Positions 28,890 to 41,379 of a stretch of DNA of 64,000 nt are shown here, piece by piece. The position numbers and the translations under genes are program-made. Under the pieces are notes generated by a model. It was not told the origin of the DNA, made no database searches, and saw only the letters and a list, made by a program, of their open reading frames with translations. Within the stretch, counting starts at the first letter, position 1. Every line of letters starts with the position of its first letter. Origin of the DNA: Phoronis australis (lineage: Eukaryota > Animalia > Phoronida); NCBI GenBank assembly GCA_002633005.1, contig NMRA01000286.1, positions 216,175 through 280,174 of the forward strand. Reading direction: 5' to 3'.

Positions 28890-30207
28890 TTATCAAGATA
28901 TGTTAACTTGTTCTATTCCGAACTTAATACATAAGGAGTACAAATTGTCTATACACTCGGGAAATTTAACCAATCATAGCACGGTATTCTTTACAAAGCT
29001 GTCTCATTTGATATCCCATCTCTGTTTCGGTCACATGGTTAACGACACAAGCGTGGCGCCAGCATGGTCAGACATCTTGTTTTAAGCATTGTATATCGAG
29101 CCCGAATATTCGATTTAGTATCTAGCTCATTGGTCTATTGTAACTTGCACATGTTGTAGTGTGGACGCAAACCTGCAGACAATGCGGAGGTAATCACCAG
29201 CTGCGCATTTGCTCAGTTTCATTCATAAGGTTGTCTAATTCTCTTTGCACCATGTTTGTCACATGGTGCGCGGTGTGTAATATACACTCGGCAGAACAAA
29301 AGTAGTAGATACTCTTGGTAAGTTGTTCCTAGTGTGAAAATGACTTAAAATTAGATTTGTACCCTTCTCTGATGATTACAAACAAGAACTAACCCTAACC
29401 TGTTTTCTTTCAACAAGCACATTCCATTGTGCCAATAGCAAAAAAAATATAATTTTGGATTAAAGATGACCATAAAAGACCAGTTGTGTACAAGAGCTTT
29501 CAGTTAGACCAGTATAGTGCACAGGTATGCCCTTTTCACCACCTTATGATGTTCTCTGTTACACGTTGTGACTTCACAAGTCCAGTGGTTCATGAAAGTG
29601 ACTCAAGACATTAGACAGAAATTTGGTTTATGCTCCAATGTCAAAACTGTTGTATACAGATTTAGTCAAATAATAGTGAGTGCACCACAGTGTAGAAATA
29701 ATGTATAGAAATCTTTTAGTAGTAACTAGCAGTTATAGGTACGGCTATGCTCAGAGACTTTGCACTCAAGTGAGATTTGATTATTTTTCAGAAATAGTTG
29801 TGTAGAACAAAGGACAAATTTCTGTCTGAATCTTCAGTGTACTTTTCATGACTACAAGAGAAATTGCAGAAAGGGTTTCTGTGAGTTTAAACAGCGATAG
29901 TGTGAACTGGCCTCAGGAAAAACCACACAACCAACAGTCTCTTAACCATTCATCAGTTAATCACACACTGTGTAGTAGAAAAAACAACACATTTTGTAAA
30001 ACAAAATGCTTTAAAACTAAGCATTTAAAGAAAATTGCACTTCGTTATTTCCATGACACCATAGTACAGTCCAGTAAACACAGAGCAGTAGTAAATCAAG
30101 GAGTACTGGTAACAAGTTAGCGAGTTTTTGAAAAGTAAAAAGACAATTCGGCGATTATTTTTTCCACGAAATAATTGAAGAATTACGGTACACCAAGTTG
30201 TTGCCAA

Positions 30208-30269
30208 ACAGGAAAGCAAGGTAGTACCATGGTCAGACAGGGAGGCAAGGTAATACCATGGCCAGACAG
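30208..30269. repeat. 29-bp tandem duplication
   Basis: GCAAGGTA(G/A)TACCATGG(T/C)CAGACAG occurs twice. Confidence 0.88.
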
Positions 30270-31189
30270 CTGAGTGTACAATAACTCAACCTGAAAAAAT
30301 GCAGGAAGAAAACTTGCAACAACAACATTCTGACAAATAACCAAAACATGTACATTTCATTCTAATTCTATTTACGGTCACTGCACAACGGCTTAAGTTA
30401 CGAAACGTTAAAACGCAATTTCTAAAGGTAAACAGTAAAGTCTCTATCAACTTGAGCTAAATTAATAAACAAATTTTTGGAAGGCATTGTTTTTTATTTC
30501 CCTGTACATGTACCTTTTCTGTCGTTAACTATATTGTTCGTCTTAATTGATAATATCGATTTAATTTATTGTTTCTCGGTGGTTAGCTGTTAGGGGCCCG
30601 TGCCTTTGCTGGCCACCCAGTCATGTAACAATGTATGTTTTACATGATTTAAAAAATAAAGTTTATTCCTCTCTAATTTACGAAATGTTAACAATTTCAC
30701 TTTGTATTAGCTGATAACACATCAATCAAACAAGCAGTGGCTAACAATGGAGTCAAATTATCTGCCTAAATAATCTTGTTGAAAGGTTTCATAAAACAAA
30801 ATTTCTAGAACAAATTGAAAGCACTATTTTCCGCACGACTTCTCCTATTGTGTCTCCAGTAAAAATCTTCTGTTTAGGACACAATATTGCAGATAGGTTA
30901 AGTTTCATTTTAATTTCTCAACAAAAATAACCTTTCAGGAAAATTTACTTTGCTTTTAGTATGGTTTGTAAGGCATAGATATTGGCAAACAACCTTTGCT
31001 GAAATTTTACACATTTCCAACCATGTGAAAAGCCTGTGAAAAGTAGAAATATAAATTAACAATTTTAGAAATTACTTTTGTCACAAATTGTAAAATTTTT
31101 ACTATACAATTTAAAATGAAATTAGAAAACGAGTATTAACAAGAAATGACCAGGCACCTATTGCTATTTCTAAGTTCAGGTTGGATCCC

Positions 31190-31680
31190 CGAAAATGACC
31201 AAATGTGGCTACATTCGAAACATCACATCTCAAAAACGGATCATCGGAATCACAGGAAATATTCAGATACTATGCTCTAGGTACTGCTCTCGAATACACT
31301 GTTAGGAATTATATTTAAAATGATATATTTGCAATACGAAAGGATTTGTGTGATTTTAATGAAAATAAAATGAAAACAAATAATTTACAAAGTTGTGACA
31401 GCATTTTTGAGATTTTATCTTGGCCGTTTATATAAGCTGAAATGTGTTCTTTCGTGTCACTCCTTTGCTCTGAATGTACCTTTCCTTTTTCCCTAATTTT
31501 TTCTAAAACACACGGTCACGTGACCCAAGAAGTACTTGGCATAAAGTCAAAAATCAAACCGTAGTGACTTTCTACTTTCAGAAAATATAAACTTCACAGA
31601 GCTGAAAGCATGAAAGTTTTGAGACATCCAGTTGTGGTATCAAAATATAGAAAAAACGCCACCGGACATGATTTTGATAC
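31190..31680 (+). mobile_element. Unclassified interspersed repeat family B, copy 1
   Basis: Collinear similarity to 39325-39870 (GAAAATG.CCAAAT.TGGCTA, ACTGTTAGGAATTAT, TGTACCTTTC, TCAC.TGACCCAA, AAAGTCAAAAAT). Confidence 0.75.
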
Positions 31681-31875
31681 TGATGATGTCTAGACTGTGA
31701 GGAAGACCGATTCAAAAGGGGAGTGTCAAAGAAGCTCTGCATGAGTGCATCAAGCGCCCCTCTCTGAACAAACCAACAATGTCACACATATGGGATAGTG
31801 TCCTGACCTCTATACCACATCGAAATCGCCACCTGTTGGCAAAGAATGATAGTAACACCAATAGCCATGCCGAAG

Positions 31876-32221
31876 GCAGAATGGTGAATGTTGGCCAAAT
31901 CCCCTTTTGTCCACTGACGTCACAAGCATACTGGCGCCCCCAGTGGACTCGACTGAAAAGGAATCTTTCAATCATAATTAATTGATACTATATACCATTC
32001 ATTATTATATACCATGCATTATGTTTTTAGAAAAAAACGATACTCAACGTCCCACAATAAATACAAGTTTGTTCGCCAGCTTGGCTCGGCCGTTGCTAGG
32101 CTGGATGCTACCGGGTTCATGAACTTGGTTTATTTACGAGTTCTCAGGGCCTCCACTGGGGGCGCCAGTATGCTTGACGTCAGTGGACAAAAGGGGATTT
32201 GGCCAACATTCACCATTCTGC
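31876..32221. mobile_element. MITE with ~70-bp TIR and 9-bp TSD (Mutator/MULE-like)
   Basis: 31876-31947 is the reverse complement of 32152-32221 except for a 2-bp indel. Flanks are ATGCCGAAG (31867-31875) and ATGCTGAAG (32222-32230). Termini are G...C. Confidence 0.88.
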
Positions 32222-32560
32222 ATGCTGAAGTCCATAAGAGACAGACGCAAAGTCGCTAACTCAAGTCACCAAATTCCAGTATTCGATTTAAGTTTTTCCT
32301 ATATTTTCACTTAGTTAAATTGTTTAGTTTTCTGAACATATGGCTAAATGCACAACCCCATAGATAAGGTCCTATAACTTTAAGTTAACATACACACAGC
32401 AGTATTTTGAACACCTCCCTAAATCCTTCTCCAGAGATTTACTCGTTATATAAATTGGGCTAATTGAGCCTACTGAGGCACACACTATGCCATTAGGTTG
32501 AGTGAAACATGAGTCTGACACATACACTCTAATTACCTTTGCTTATAAGCAACCACATCA

Positions 32561-32988
32561 CACACCTGGACAAGAGAAATGTTTAAGGTTGTTTTACATC
32601 AGACCTGCATGGTCTTGGGTAGTGCAGTGTACCCACAATACTGCAGTTTATACACACCCGGACAAGAGAAATGTTTAAGGTTGTTCTACATCAGGGCGCA
32701 GTTGCATAAAAGTTATACGCCGAATAGCAACAATGACGTCGCATTATCACGCATCACGTTGTTATTGTTGAACAATGCACCTGACGACATGCAACAATCA
32801 AACTTATCCAGCGGATAACTTTTGAAGCTTTATGCAACTCAGCCCAGACCTGCTTGGTGTTGGGTAGTGCAGTGTACCCACAATACTGCAGCTTACACAT
32901 ACCTGGACAGGTGAAAAGTTTAAGGCTGTTTTACATCAGACCTGTACAGAGTTGGATAGTGCAGCGTACCAACAATACTGAGCTTACA
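32561..32988. repeat. 92-bp tandem repeat x3, second unit interrupted by a MITE
   Basis: Units start at 32561, 32653 and 32898. The spacing of the last two equals 92 plus a 153-bp insertion. Confidence 0.93.
32695..32844. mobile_element. 150-bp Harbinger-like MITE with CAG target duplication
   Basis: TIR GGCGCAGTTGCATAAA / TTTATGCAACTCAGCC (14 of 16 match). CAG at 32692-32694 and 32845-32847. The empty site TACATCAGACCTG is present in the sister repeat units. Confidence 0.93.
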
Positions 32989-35900
32989 TTACAAGATGGA
33001 TATTTCAGATGAATGGCAAAAATTTAACATATATTTTTCAGTGACAGCACATATCAGATGAGACAGAATTCACCCGAATGACATTGTGGTTTCACAGTCA
33101 CACAGTCGATAACCACATAGACTTGGTACACCACCACATTGCGGTAGTGTTTGACCTGACCCCCAACCTGGTTGATTTTGTGTTATTAAAGGAATAGGAC
33201 CAGGTCAGAGATTTCACCACTTCCCATCAAGGTCCCCCAACTCCTTTAGTCATTTGAAAGTAAAGACAACAAGTGTGACATGAAACTCCTTCCAACTGTT
33301 TTTTAACCCATATTTGCCACTGCCACGACAGAGTTAACTACAAGCAAACTGAATTGACGTCACTGACACTCTGACAGTCATGTAATTGAAAAATGAAACG
33401 ACAACCATCGCTACAATGAACGGCATGGTGACGTGAGCAATGACGTTATGGATTAACAAGAAATATAGTGGTCGGTAATAATCAATGGAGTCAATACTAC
33501 GGACCAGAGCCTCCTCTGCTGACATAGAACATTACCCCGTAGTGTAATTCCAGTGAAATGTCAGGGGTCAGATTTAAATGTTAACAAGAACCCCAAGAGT
33601 TGGAAGGAAAATGGAAATCTATCCCCACAGCGCACGTGTTGCTAATCAACAGTAGAACCCTCAATGAAACCCACATTCACTAATAGTCAATATTAAATGC
33701 AAAACTGACTAAAAGACAACAGCAACTTCTACTTTTGCTGGTCCCTTTTATCGTTTATAATGCCTTGACACTTTCCAAAAGCAATGCCATTTTACCCTTT
33801 TATCTCTAAAACTGTAATCCATAACCCTGGCAAAACAACTTTTACACAATATATATCACAGGTTTGGTGGTGTTGTTGATCGCTGGTAGTAAATCATCTT
33901 CTGAAAATAACAGGCACGGCTCTCAATGTCTCAATTTTTGGGCCAAAGAACAACCTCAAACAGTTCTGAAAATCATTTAAAATCATGTAAAATACCCTCT
34001 CCAGACCGAAAAATTCCTTCAAATGCTCCTAAATTCCCCTCTATGTCAGAATAGGCTTCAACTCAAGCAGACATTCAATCTCAGGTTGTGGAATAACTGT
34101 TCCCCATCACAACTTTTTTTCTACCGACATACATAGACTTACTGATAATGTTTCATTGTTGGTTCACCGAATATTTCTTGCAAAGGTCGACAAAGAAATG
34201 CCAAAAAGAATTGATGACAAAAATCTAGTTCATGGAAATCAAAGTGGACACGCTATGATCCACACACCAACACTAGATGGCGTTTAGGCAATTTTTTAAT
34301 TTCTACAAATAAATTGAAAACCCAGTGCACTGCTTCTGTAACCACCACTAAGCAGACCATAAAAACAGGCTTGTGTTGAGAAACCTTCCATGCTAAAAAT
34401 GCCAAGCACTAAATGTACAGGGGGTTAATTTTCCATCTGCAGGCCATCAATGTGTGCCTCTATCACTTTTTATAGTTAGGAAAGTTATGCAATTCACACA
34501 GGCAAAAGAAAACATACAACCTAGGGAAGGGTCAAGTTCTTGTCTGATTGATGGTAACCACAAGGAACCATACTAGTAAGACCTCAATCACATGCAAGGT
34601 TAGGACACAGTTTCTGGTGTTGGAGGAACATAGCTGATCACAGAAAAAGTGCATCAAAAATTATTTGAAACTATGCAGACTTTACTTTCACGTGACATAC
34701 ATTTTAACAACTTTTTGTATTCAGACACTATCATTTGTGTCTGAACAGAGGATCTTTGTAACCGTAAATTTCTGAAGTATGTAACGCATTTTATTTCAAA
34801 ACATACCGTATTTGAGTGACAAGTTTTTATTGATATCAAGCACTCAGCAATAAGATACTTTCAGAAAGCAATGGAGATGGCTTATGCAGCACCTTCAAGG
34901 TGTCCCTTGAGTAAAATGCCTGAAGCAAGCCTTTGTACATGCAAACAATAACTTCTTTTCATAAATCTAGTGTCCTCAATGTCAACTAGTGGCAAGTAAA
35001 GTACAGCCATGCCTGGGAAGGTAAGCAGAAATCATCTATACTTATAAGGCTTCACTAAGTCTCCAATTACTAGCGAAAAGTCAGGAAACAGTTTAAAATC
35101 AGAAAACCAAGAACATCAATCATATTTCCAATTTTTTCTGTAAATGTCAGAATACATGGTTTATATATTCCGTATCGATTTGTACATGAAATTGCATTAC
35201 GACCACAATTAATACTGCAGCCGTTTAACATTCAGAATGACAACTGATATCAATAGAGAGCGCTAAAAAATTCAACAAGTTAATTACACTCAGCATAGCT
35301 AGCTTGAGGAACTCTGGCACTCTCTATGATACAGGCAGAACCTGGGAACTACATCTTTCAACACTCAACTCACTATCTCTAGTACAATGGGTATTTAAAC
35401 AGTTCTGTCTAACATCAACTCAGTAAATAATTGGCCACTTTAGGTGTCAAGACCATCCTGTCCAGAGCACTTACTAGGCCAGAGAACAAGCTCATTGTCC
35501 TCCACACACCAAAAAGAAAGTGTGTAAGGTAAAATCTCATTGATTTAGGACACAGTATGGCCGACAAGTGACTTTTTTCATTTTTATAGATTTGTAGCAC
35601 CAAACAAATGGTAAAAGAGTTTGAAAAAATCTATGCCATAGCTACCAAACGACAAAGATTCTAAGAAATTGTAAGTCTTAATAATAATGCTATAAGCCTT
35701 TGAATATGAAAAACGATCAATCTTGGCAAGATCACTACAGTATTCACGTACGTGAACGACTTTTTCTGCTTTTCTGCAGGTAACTGAGAGCAGCAGTAAG
35801 ACGACATTTTCTCCACTGTTAACTACATTGAGGAGTGATCATCAAAAATATCAGGTGTGTCCACTCTCCGTGCACGTTTTCAAAAATAGCGACACAACAC

Positions 35901-36259
35901 CAGACCCGTGACCACAAAACTTACGTGAACACAAAGACTCTACTCAGGGAGTATCTCAGGCCGCTTTGGCAGTTGTGAAATAATAAGCCAGCAGGAAACA
36001 CAAGTGATGTTTTAGCAACATTACAAGAGGTGAATCTGCTGAAATTTTTTCAACATGTGAATGTGTTGTAAGCGTCACATTCTACACACACAGAAAATCT
36101 CAGGCTTTTAACTGCAACAGAAAAATGCCCTGAAGCAGACAAATATTTGACTAGAGCAGGTACATTGGAATCTGTTGGTACAGAGACAGTTGGCTGGAGT
36201 TCCTACAGCAGATAGTTAGCATGACTCAGTGTTGAGGAGTTTACCATAAAACATGAGTA

Positions 36260-36658
36260 TACCGTAAATATTTGGGTTAATGCCCATGCTCACAAAAGCG
36301 CCAACACCCAACCTGCACATGTAAGTACCCAATGCTCAGCTAAGAGCCAGCCCTGAAGTTTTAGGCGTTTTCAATTTGTGCCCACTGTTCAGGCTAGCAC
36401 CCACCCATAATTTACATTAAAAAACTAATTTCCTAACAGTACAAGGCACTTTGAAAGTTTAAAGGGAAGCAAGTTTCAAACACTTGGAGGGCTAATATTC
36501 ACAATAGATTGGCGGCCGCTTTCGACTACGTCACTCCTATATAAATTAGGGTTTGGACATGAAACCCGTGCACGGGTATTAAAAAAATGCAAATTTTAGA
36601 AATTTCGGGCATGGTCAACAAGCTGAAAAAGGGCATTACTACCCCGAAAATTTTGGTA
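36260..36658. mobile_element. CCGTA-terminated non-autonomous DNA transposon, degenerate (related to 1-180)
   Basis: TACCGTAAATATTTGGGTTAATGCCC ... GGGCATTACTACCCCGAAAATTTTGGTA, with decayed AAGCGCC/GCCCA internal motifs. Confidence 0.7.
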
Positions 36659-36769
36659 GATTAAGTCTTCCTTGTCAACATTAGAAGGCTTTGTCAGCTT
36701 CTCTGGGGCAGCACTGGAGCATAATTCAAACCTTAGGCACATTATGCTTTAAACTAAACAAATGTAACA

Positions 36770-36990
36770 CTGTGGAGATAATGAACAGATACAGCTTTTC
36801 CTGGCCTGTTGCAGAAAAGATATTGGGACTGGCACAAGTCTGGCAGGTTTAGCACAGGTGTCTTATGACAAGACCAACTCCACAATGAGGCAGGCCACTG
36901 GTGTGTAAATCCCATGATATAGACCATGTCTTCAGAGTACCTTGGCATAGAGTGGAATTGTGTCAGGACAACTTGTTCATCACAAAGAAA
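36770..36990 (+). mobile_element. RTE-clade LINE 3' relic
   Basis: IQLFLACCRK/ILGL (one frameshift) followed by IDHVFRV resembles F...CLRKILGI ... GHV.RM. Confidence 0.45.
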
Positions 36991-38116
36991 ACATCCAGGT
37001 GTGTACTGCACCAGCTTAAACTATGTTCCACAGGCAAACAGGGATGTCATAGTTTTAAGTAAAACTGCATAAAATAATAGGTTCTTTCTGCACCTAGACA
37101 CAATGCATTTGGTTTGTGAAACAAATATCCCGTTCACAAATTGGCTAAAATGCTAGTGTTTAGGTAGTATCAAAAACGCCAATAATGTGAATGGTTCAAA
37201 GAGCCACTTTTGCTGACATTATTTGCAGTTACCCCATAACTGTTGGTGTTTTTCCCTAGCATATTTGTTGTAAGACCGCTTTTGGCCTTTGTTTATCACT
37301 GAGTCAGAGAGGAAATGTGCCTTTAGCATACATTTCCATTTAAAAGCGGTTCTGGTGGCAAAAAACATAAGCCAACAAGGAGAGCATGTCCATCTGAATA
37401 AAAGGCTGGTGTTTTAGCCACTGAAAAAATGTTACATTTTCACCGAACTTGTGAACCCAACAAACGCATTTTTCGTTCCTTGTCATGTGACATCATGAGG
37501 TGTTGTCTTTGATCGGCGCTCAGTTCACTGAAACTCACGGTCTGCCTGTTGTCAAGTGACTCTTGGTATGAACATTCATGCCAAACAACTAAAAGCTCAA
37601 GATCTCAAGTGAGAACAGGGATTACCCCCCCCCCCCCAGATGGACAGCCAACTACAAAATGTTTTTACAAGAAAACATTATTAACCAGAACTGTGCCTTC
37701 CATATAACTTTGCACTTGTGTTTGAAAAAGCATACTCGTAACAAAGACTCCACACGACAACCTCAGCATGTCACAAAGGTTAACATTTGTTTTCTGTGTC
37801 ATGCATGGAACAAATAACATAAATTGCACAAGAGACTATCACTGTTCTTTGTGCACAAATGATTTATTAACAAAATTAAAATTTATTTCCCACGAGGACA
37901 TCTTCAAAATATTGTTCCTTTCCCCATGATGGCTCTTCGTGGCTCTGGGTTGGGAGGTTGGTGGCATTTTATTTTTTCACTTTCTATAACTGAGACGCGC
38001 CTAGGTTTGTTGCAACAACGTCAGATATAGAAACGAAAAAAATTGCTTGTCAGATAACATAAAAATCTGAGTTGTGCACAAATTCCAATGAGCAAAGGAA
38101 ACAAAGTATTTTAATT

Positions 38117-39128
38117 CATACAGGATTGAGTAGTTACCTATTGGCAACCTGTTGTGTTTGTGGACCTAACTTTTGAGCCCGTCCCGGTCCTTCGTCGGGG
38201 TGCTGGCGGGAATCTTTGTGTCCAATGGTCAGCCGTGGGTGGTCCTCGGTGGTTGCACAACACCACCTGGTGGCTATTACTTGCGTCAGGAGGCACTAGT
38301 AAATAGCAGGAAATTCATATCCAATGTCTGTTCAATTTTGCTTCATTGCTCATGATTGCGACTGCTTCTCTGATGTTACGATTCCAATATTTATTTCATC
38401 TAGAAAGTATTTTGACTGCAGGTTTGCAAATGCTGTGCAATGTGTTTATACGATGTTCTCCTACGACTGTAGAGTTGCCAGATGATATATGTTCTTTTAC
38501 ATTGGTACCTAGATTAAGAGCGGTCTCAACAAAATATTTGGCAGGACAATCAGGGCGTTTAATCTTGTATATCATCTAGAATATCTTGTTGTTGTCCAAC
38601 TTATCTTTCCGGGTGGACCAAGGCACTACACTGGGTGTTGAATGGTTTATGGCATGTGCCCACCTGATGTTCTCTGAAAATGTTGGAAGTTTTTCTGAGA
38701 GACTGTGAACATACGAAAGGGTTACCTTACTCTAAAATGATCAGTCTTCTTAGACACATTGGGTCAGGGATCTAACATCCAGTCGGAGTAGTCACTGTCA
38801 CGTAACACATGTTTGATACTAGTCTGTTCCGGATGTTTGTCATTTTTTTCTGTTACTAACTCTTAAAAGTGAACGCGCACAACCTATCTTTTATGTTGGA
38901 GATGACGATTTGAGATCGGTGTGGGCAGGTTTCAGGTAGATAGTGACCTCTTTTATATGTATGCACATGTCACGAAACGGGAGTTTGTCATCCGAAAGGT
39001 GTTCAATGGTAAACTTGATGTGCAGAGTTGATGTGACCTTCACACCAAGACAAAGGGCCCAGGACGGGCTTGAAACCTAGGTCCATAAACGCAACAGGTC
39101 ACCGATAGGTAACTACTCCTATACTATG
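38117..39128 (-). mobile_element. 5'-truncated Penelope-like retroelement (RT C-terminus, linker, GIY-YIG endonuclease), pseudogenised, with inverted terminal repeat
   Basis: Minus-strand peptides in order: HIKFTIEHLSDDKLPFRD (~39022-38969), VTIYLKPAHTD (~38947-38915), IKHVLRDSDYSDWML (~38817-38773), HKPFNT..ALVHP and MIYKIKRPDCPAKYFVET..LGTNVKEH...STVVGEH...KILSR...WNRNIREA (~38575-38360). ~85-bp inverted repeat at 38117-38202 / 39043-39128. Confidence 0.9.
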
Positions 39129-39324
39129 TAACGGCGCCACCTATGAATGTTCATTGTGTTAATTTACTTCATTCCTAAACCATTAGTTTAAAATACTTTT
39201 TATTCCAGGCGAGTGGTTGGCAGTCATTTTCATCTACCTATTCACCACTAAGCTGAACACTCACCCTAAAGAACTATCACTGAATTTTTAATCAACCTTG
39301 CAAACTGAAGGTTATGTAGCACAG

Positions 39325-39870
39325 TAGAAAAATGTCCAAATTTGGCTAATTTCGGAACATCATATCTCAGAAGTGACTGTTCATATTCATATCAAACTTT
39401 CAAACACTAACGTTAATGCACTGTTCTCCAAAATACTGTTAGGAATTATTTTTGAAGTGTTACATTTTTGCATCAGGGGCTGTAAAAATAGACTTTTATA
39501 ATTTTTGCAGAAAAATTAATAGTTGCATAAAACAAAAACAAAATGACTTACTTAGAAAATTGAAAAAAAAATTTTGAGATTTCACATTAAACATTTTATA
39601 TCAAATGAAAATTGGTCATGTTATTAATTCCCCCGTTTTATCATCAGTGTACCTTTCTTTTTTGCTAAATTTTACAGATCACATGACCCAATAAATGGTA
39701 GATTGTGGTAAAAAGTCAAAAATGAAATTCCTACAGGCATTCTGCTTTTAAAAACTATATGCTTTTAGTGAGTCTATTGTATGTAGACACTTGGTCAAGT
39801 ACACAGACTTGTCAATTAGATCCTACATAAGTTTAATTGAAGCACGCCAGGTACCATATTCTATCAATTT
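39325..39870 (+). mobile_element. Unclassified interspersed repeat family B, copy 2
   Basis: Collinear similarity to 31190-31680. Confidence 0.75.
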
Positions 39871-40705
39871 ACGGAAATGCCAAGCTTGTAAGATGATTTA
39901 AAATCTGACAAGACGATCTTACGCAATAATTAATGGTGTATTAAATTGGATTTCTAATGCATTTCTCATGTCTACTACAAAGCCCTCATCATCAACGGAC
40001 TATTCATATTGAAAGGAATACTGACACACTGCCTAACCAAGAGAATGACTAGTTAAACTACTGTAAAAGGAATCCTCTTAACTATGCGATAGTTAGAAAA
40101 TGCATTTCTATGGTTCTCATTTGAAAATTACAGAGTCGTAATTATTCCTGAGATTAAAACTCAGCGACTACGGAAATGAGAATATTTCAGTTATTGATTT
40201 ATTCAGTCATTAAGCTAATATGTCCAGTCAAAACTGTGTCCTCCTACAGTTAAGATACAAGTATGTATACACTTTCTTTGAGTTTTGTGTCTTAGACATA
40301 AAAGCATCAGTTGCAATCACTTCAGTGTAACGATCAATCATGCTGTCGAAAATTTTCAAACATGGCAATCTTTGCTCATTCCAGTAGTTGTCTGTCAGTT
40401 TTCGTGCATTAAAACACATGTTGCGGGAAGACTACATGAACATCATGTTACTAGTGAAGTACATGATAATGTTAACAATACATACTTCACACTGTAAAAA
40501 TATTACCACACCACATGTTCAACAAGATGTAAAACAATACATCAAAGCAATGCGCTACCAATATTAGGCATTCATTTTCATCTAGCTGCATTTTGTAATC
40601 ATTCTAAAAAGCCCATGTTCTTAAAGCTGTGGATTTCGGTCGGGGGGGGGGGGTTGATTCAACACTTGGCTGTACCTAATCAAAGAAAGACAAAAGCACA
40701 CTCAA

Positions 40706-40820
40706 GGGCCTTTCAAACTGATGTCAACACTTCAAGGTATTGGGGACTGCCACTCTGCCAGTCCCTTAGTAGGAATGGTTAACTTCAGTCCTCGATCAAA
40801 GTTAACAGTGCTAGTTACTG
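40706..40820 (-). mobile_element. MITE family A, partial copy
   Basis: GGGCCTTTCAAACT terminus followed by TTGGGGACTGC and GGTTAACTTCAGTCCTCGATCAAAGTTAACAGTGC, matching the reverse copy at 19550. Confidence 0.65.
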
Positions 40821-41379
40821 CACTTGAAAGTCAAAATTATGGACAGCTGAAGGGTGAACTGGATTGAACATTGTTTCCTAATGGGCAACTGAATATTCAC
40901 TAGCTCAGCTAATGAAGAAAGTATCTTCTCTTTTCATAAAAGCAGTCTGATAACAAGCTGCTTGCTTGGTGTTTGTTAAGCCCTGTGTGTTACCAGCACA
41001 TTGTATTTCTATGTATAGGTAGGACCAGTGTTTCTACCAGTAGGTGAGTTACAGACAGTGAATTTAAAGTAACCTATTGGTCTAGCTAATTACCAAATCT
41101 AATTAAGGTAAAAAAGCTAGTTTGAAACACAATAAAATGAACAAGTGAAATTTCACTCTGAATTTTTTCCATAAAAATAAGTTTTCAGGAAATTTGACCA
41201 GCATCTGTTCCTTAAGGTGGTCACCTAAACCACTTGGTAAAATTTCATGCAGTTGCTACAATGTAGTACAAAAGTAGAAACATGGCAATTTTGGTGATTA
41301 TTCTCAAATGTAACAATTTTTAATCTAGTTACACAGAGGTGTAGAGAGTCTTCTCAATCTGCCACAAAGATTAAATTTG

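Noticed and set aside
28950-29291. 11-bp direct repeat TATACACTCGG as a target-site duplication
   Set aside because: No TIR or poly-A tail lies inside the repeats, so an element cannot be defined.
29389-29401. Interstitial telomeric repeat (CTAACCCTAACC)
   Set aside because: Only about two units, which is expected by chance.
32152-32167. CTCF site in the MULE-like TIR (CCACTGGGGGCGC)
   Set aside because: One base short of the consensus spacing and lacks the conserved AG.
37625-40653. Poly-C (37625-37637) and poly-G (40642-40653) runs as functional G-quadruplexes
   Set aside because: Short isolated homopolymers with no supporting context; lengths may be unreliable.
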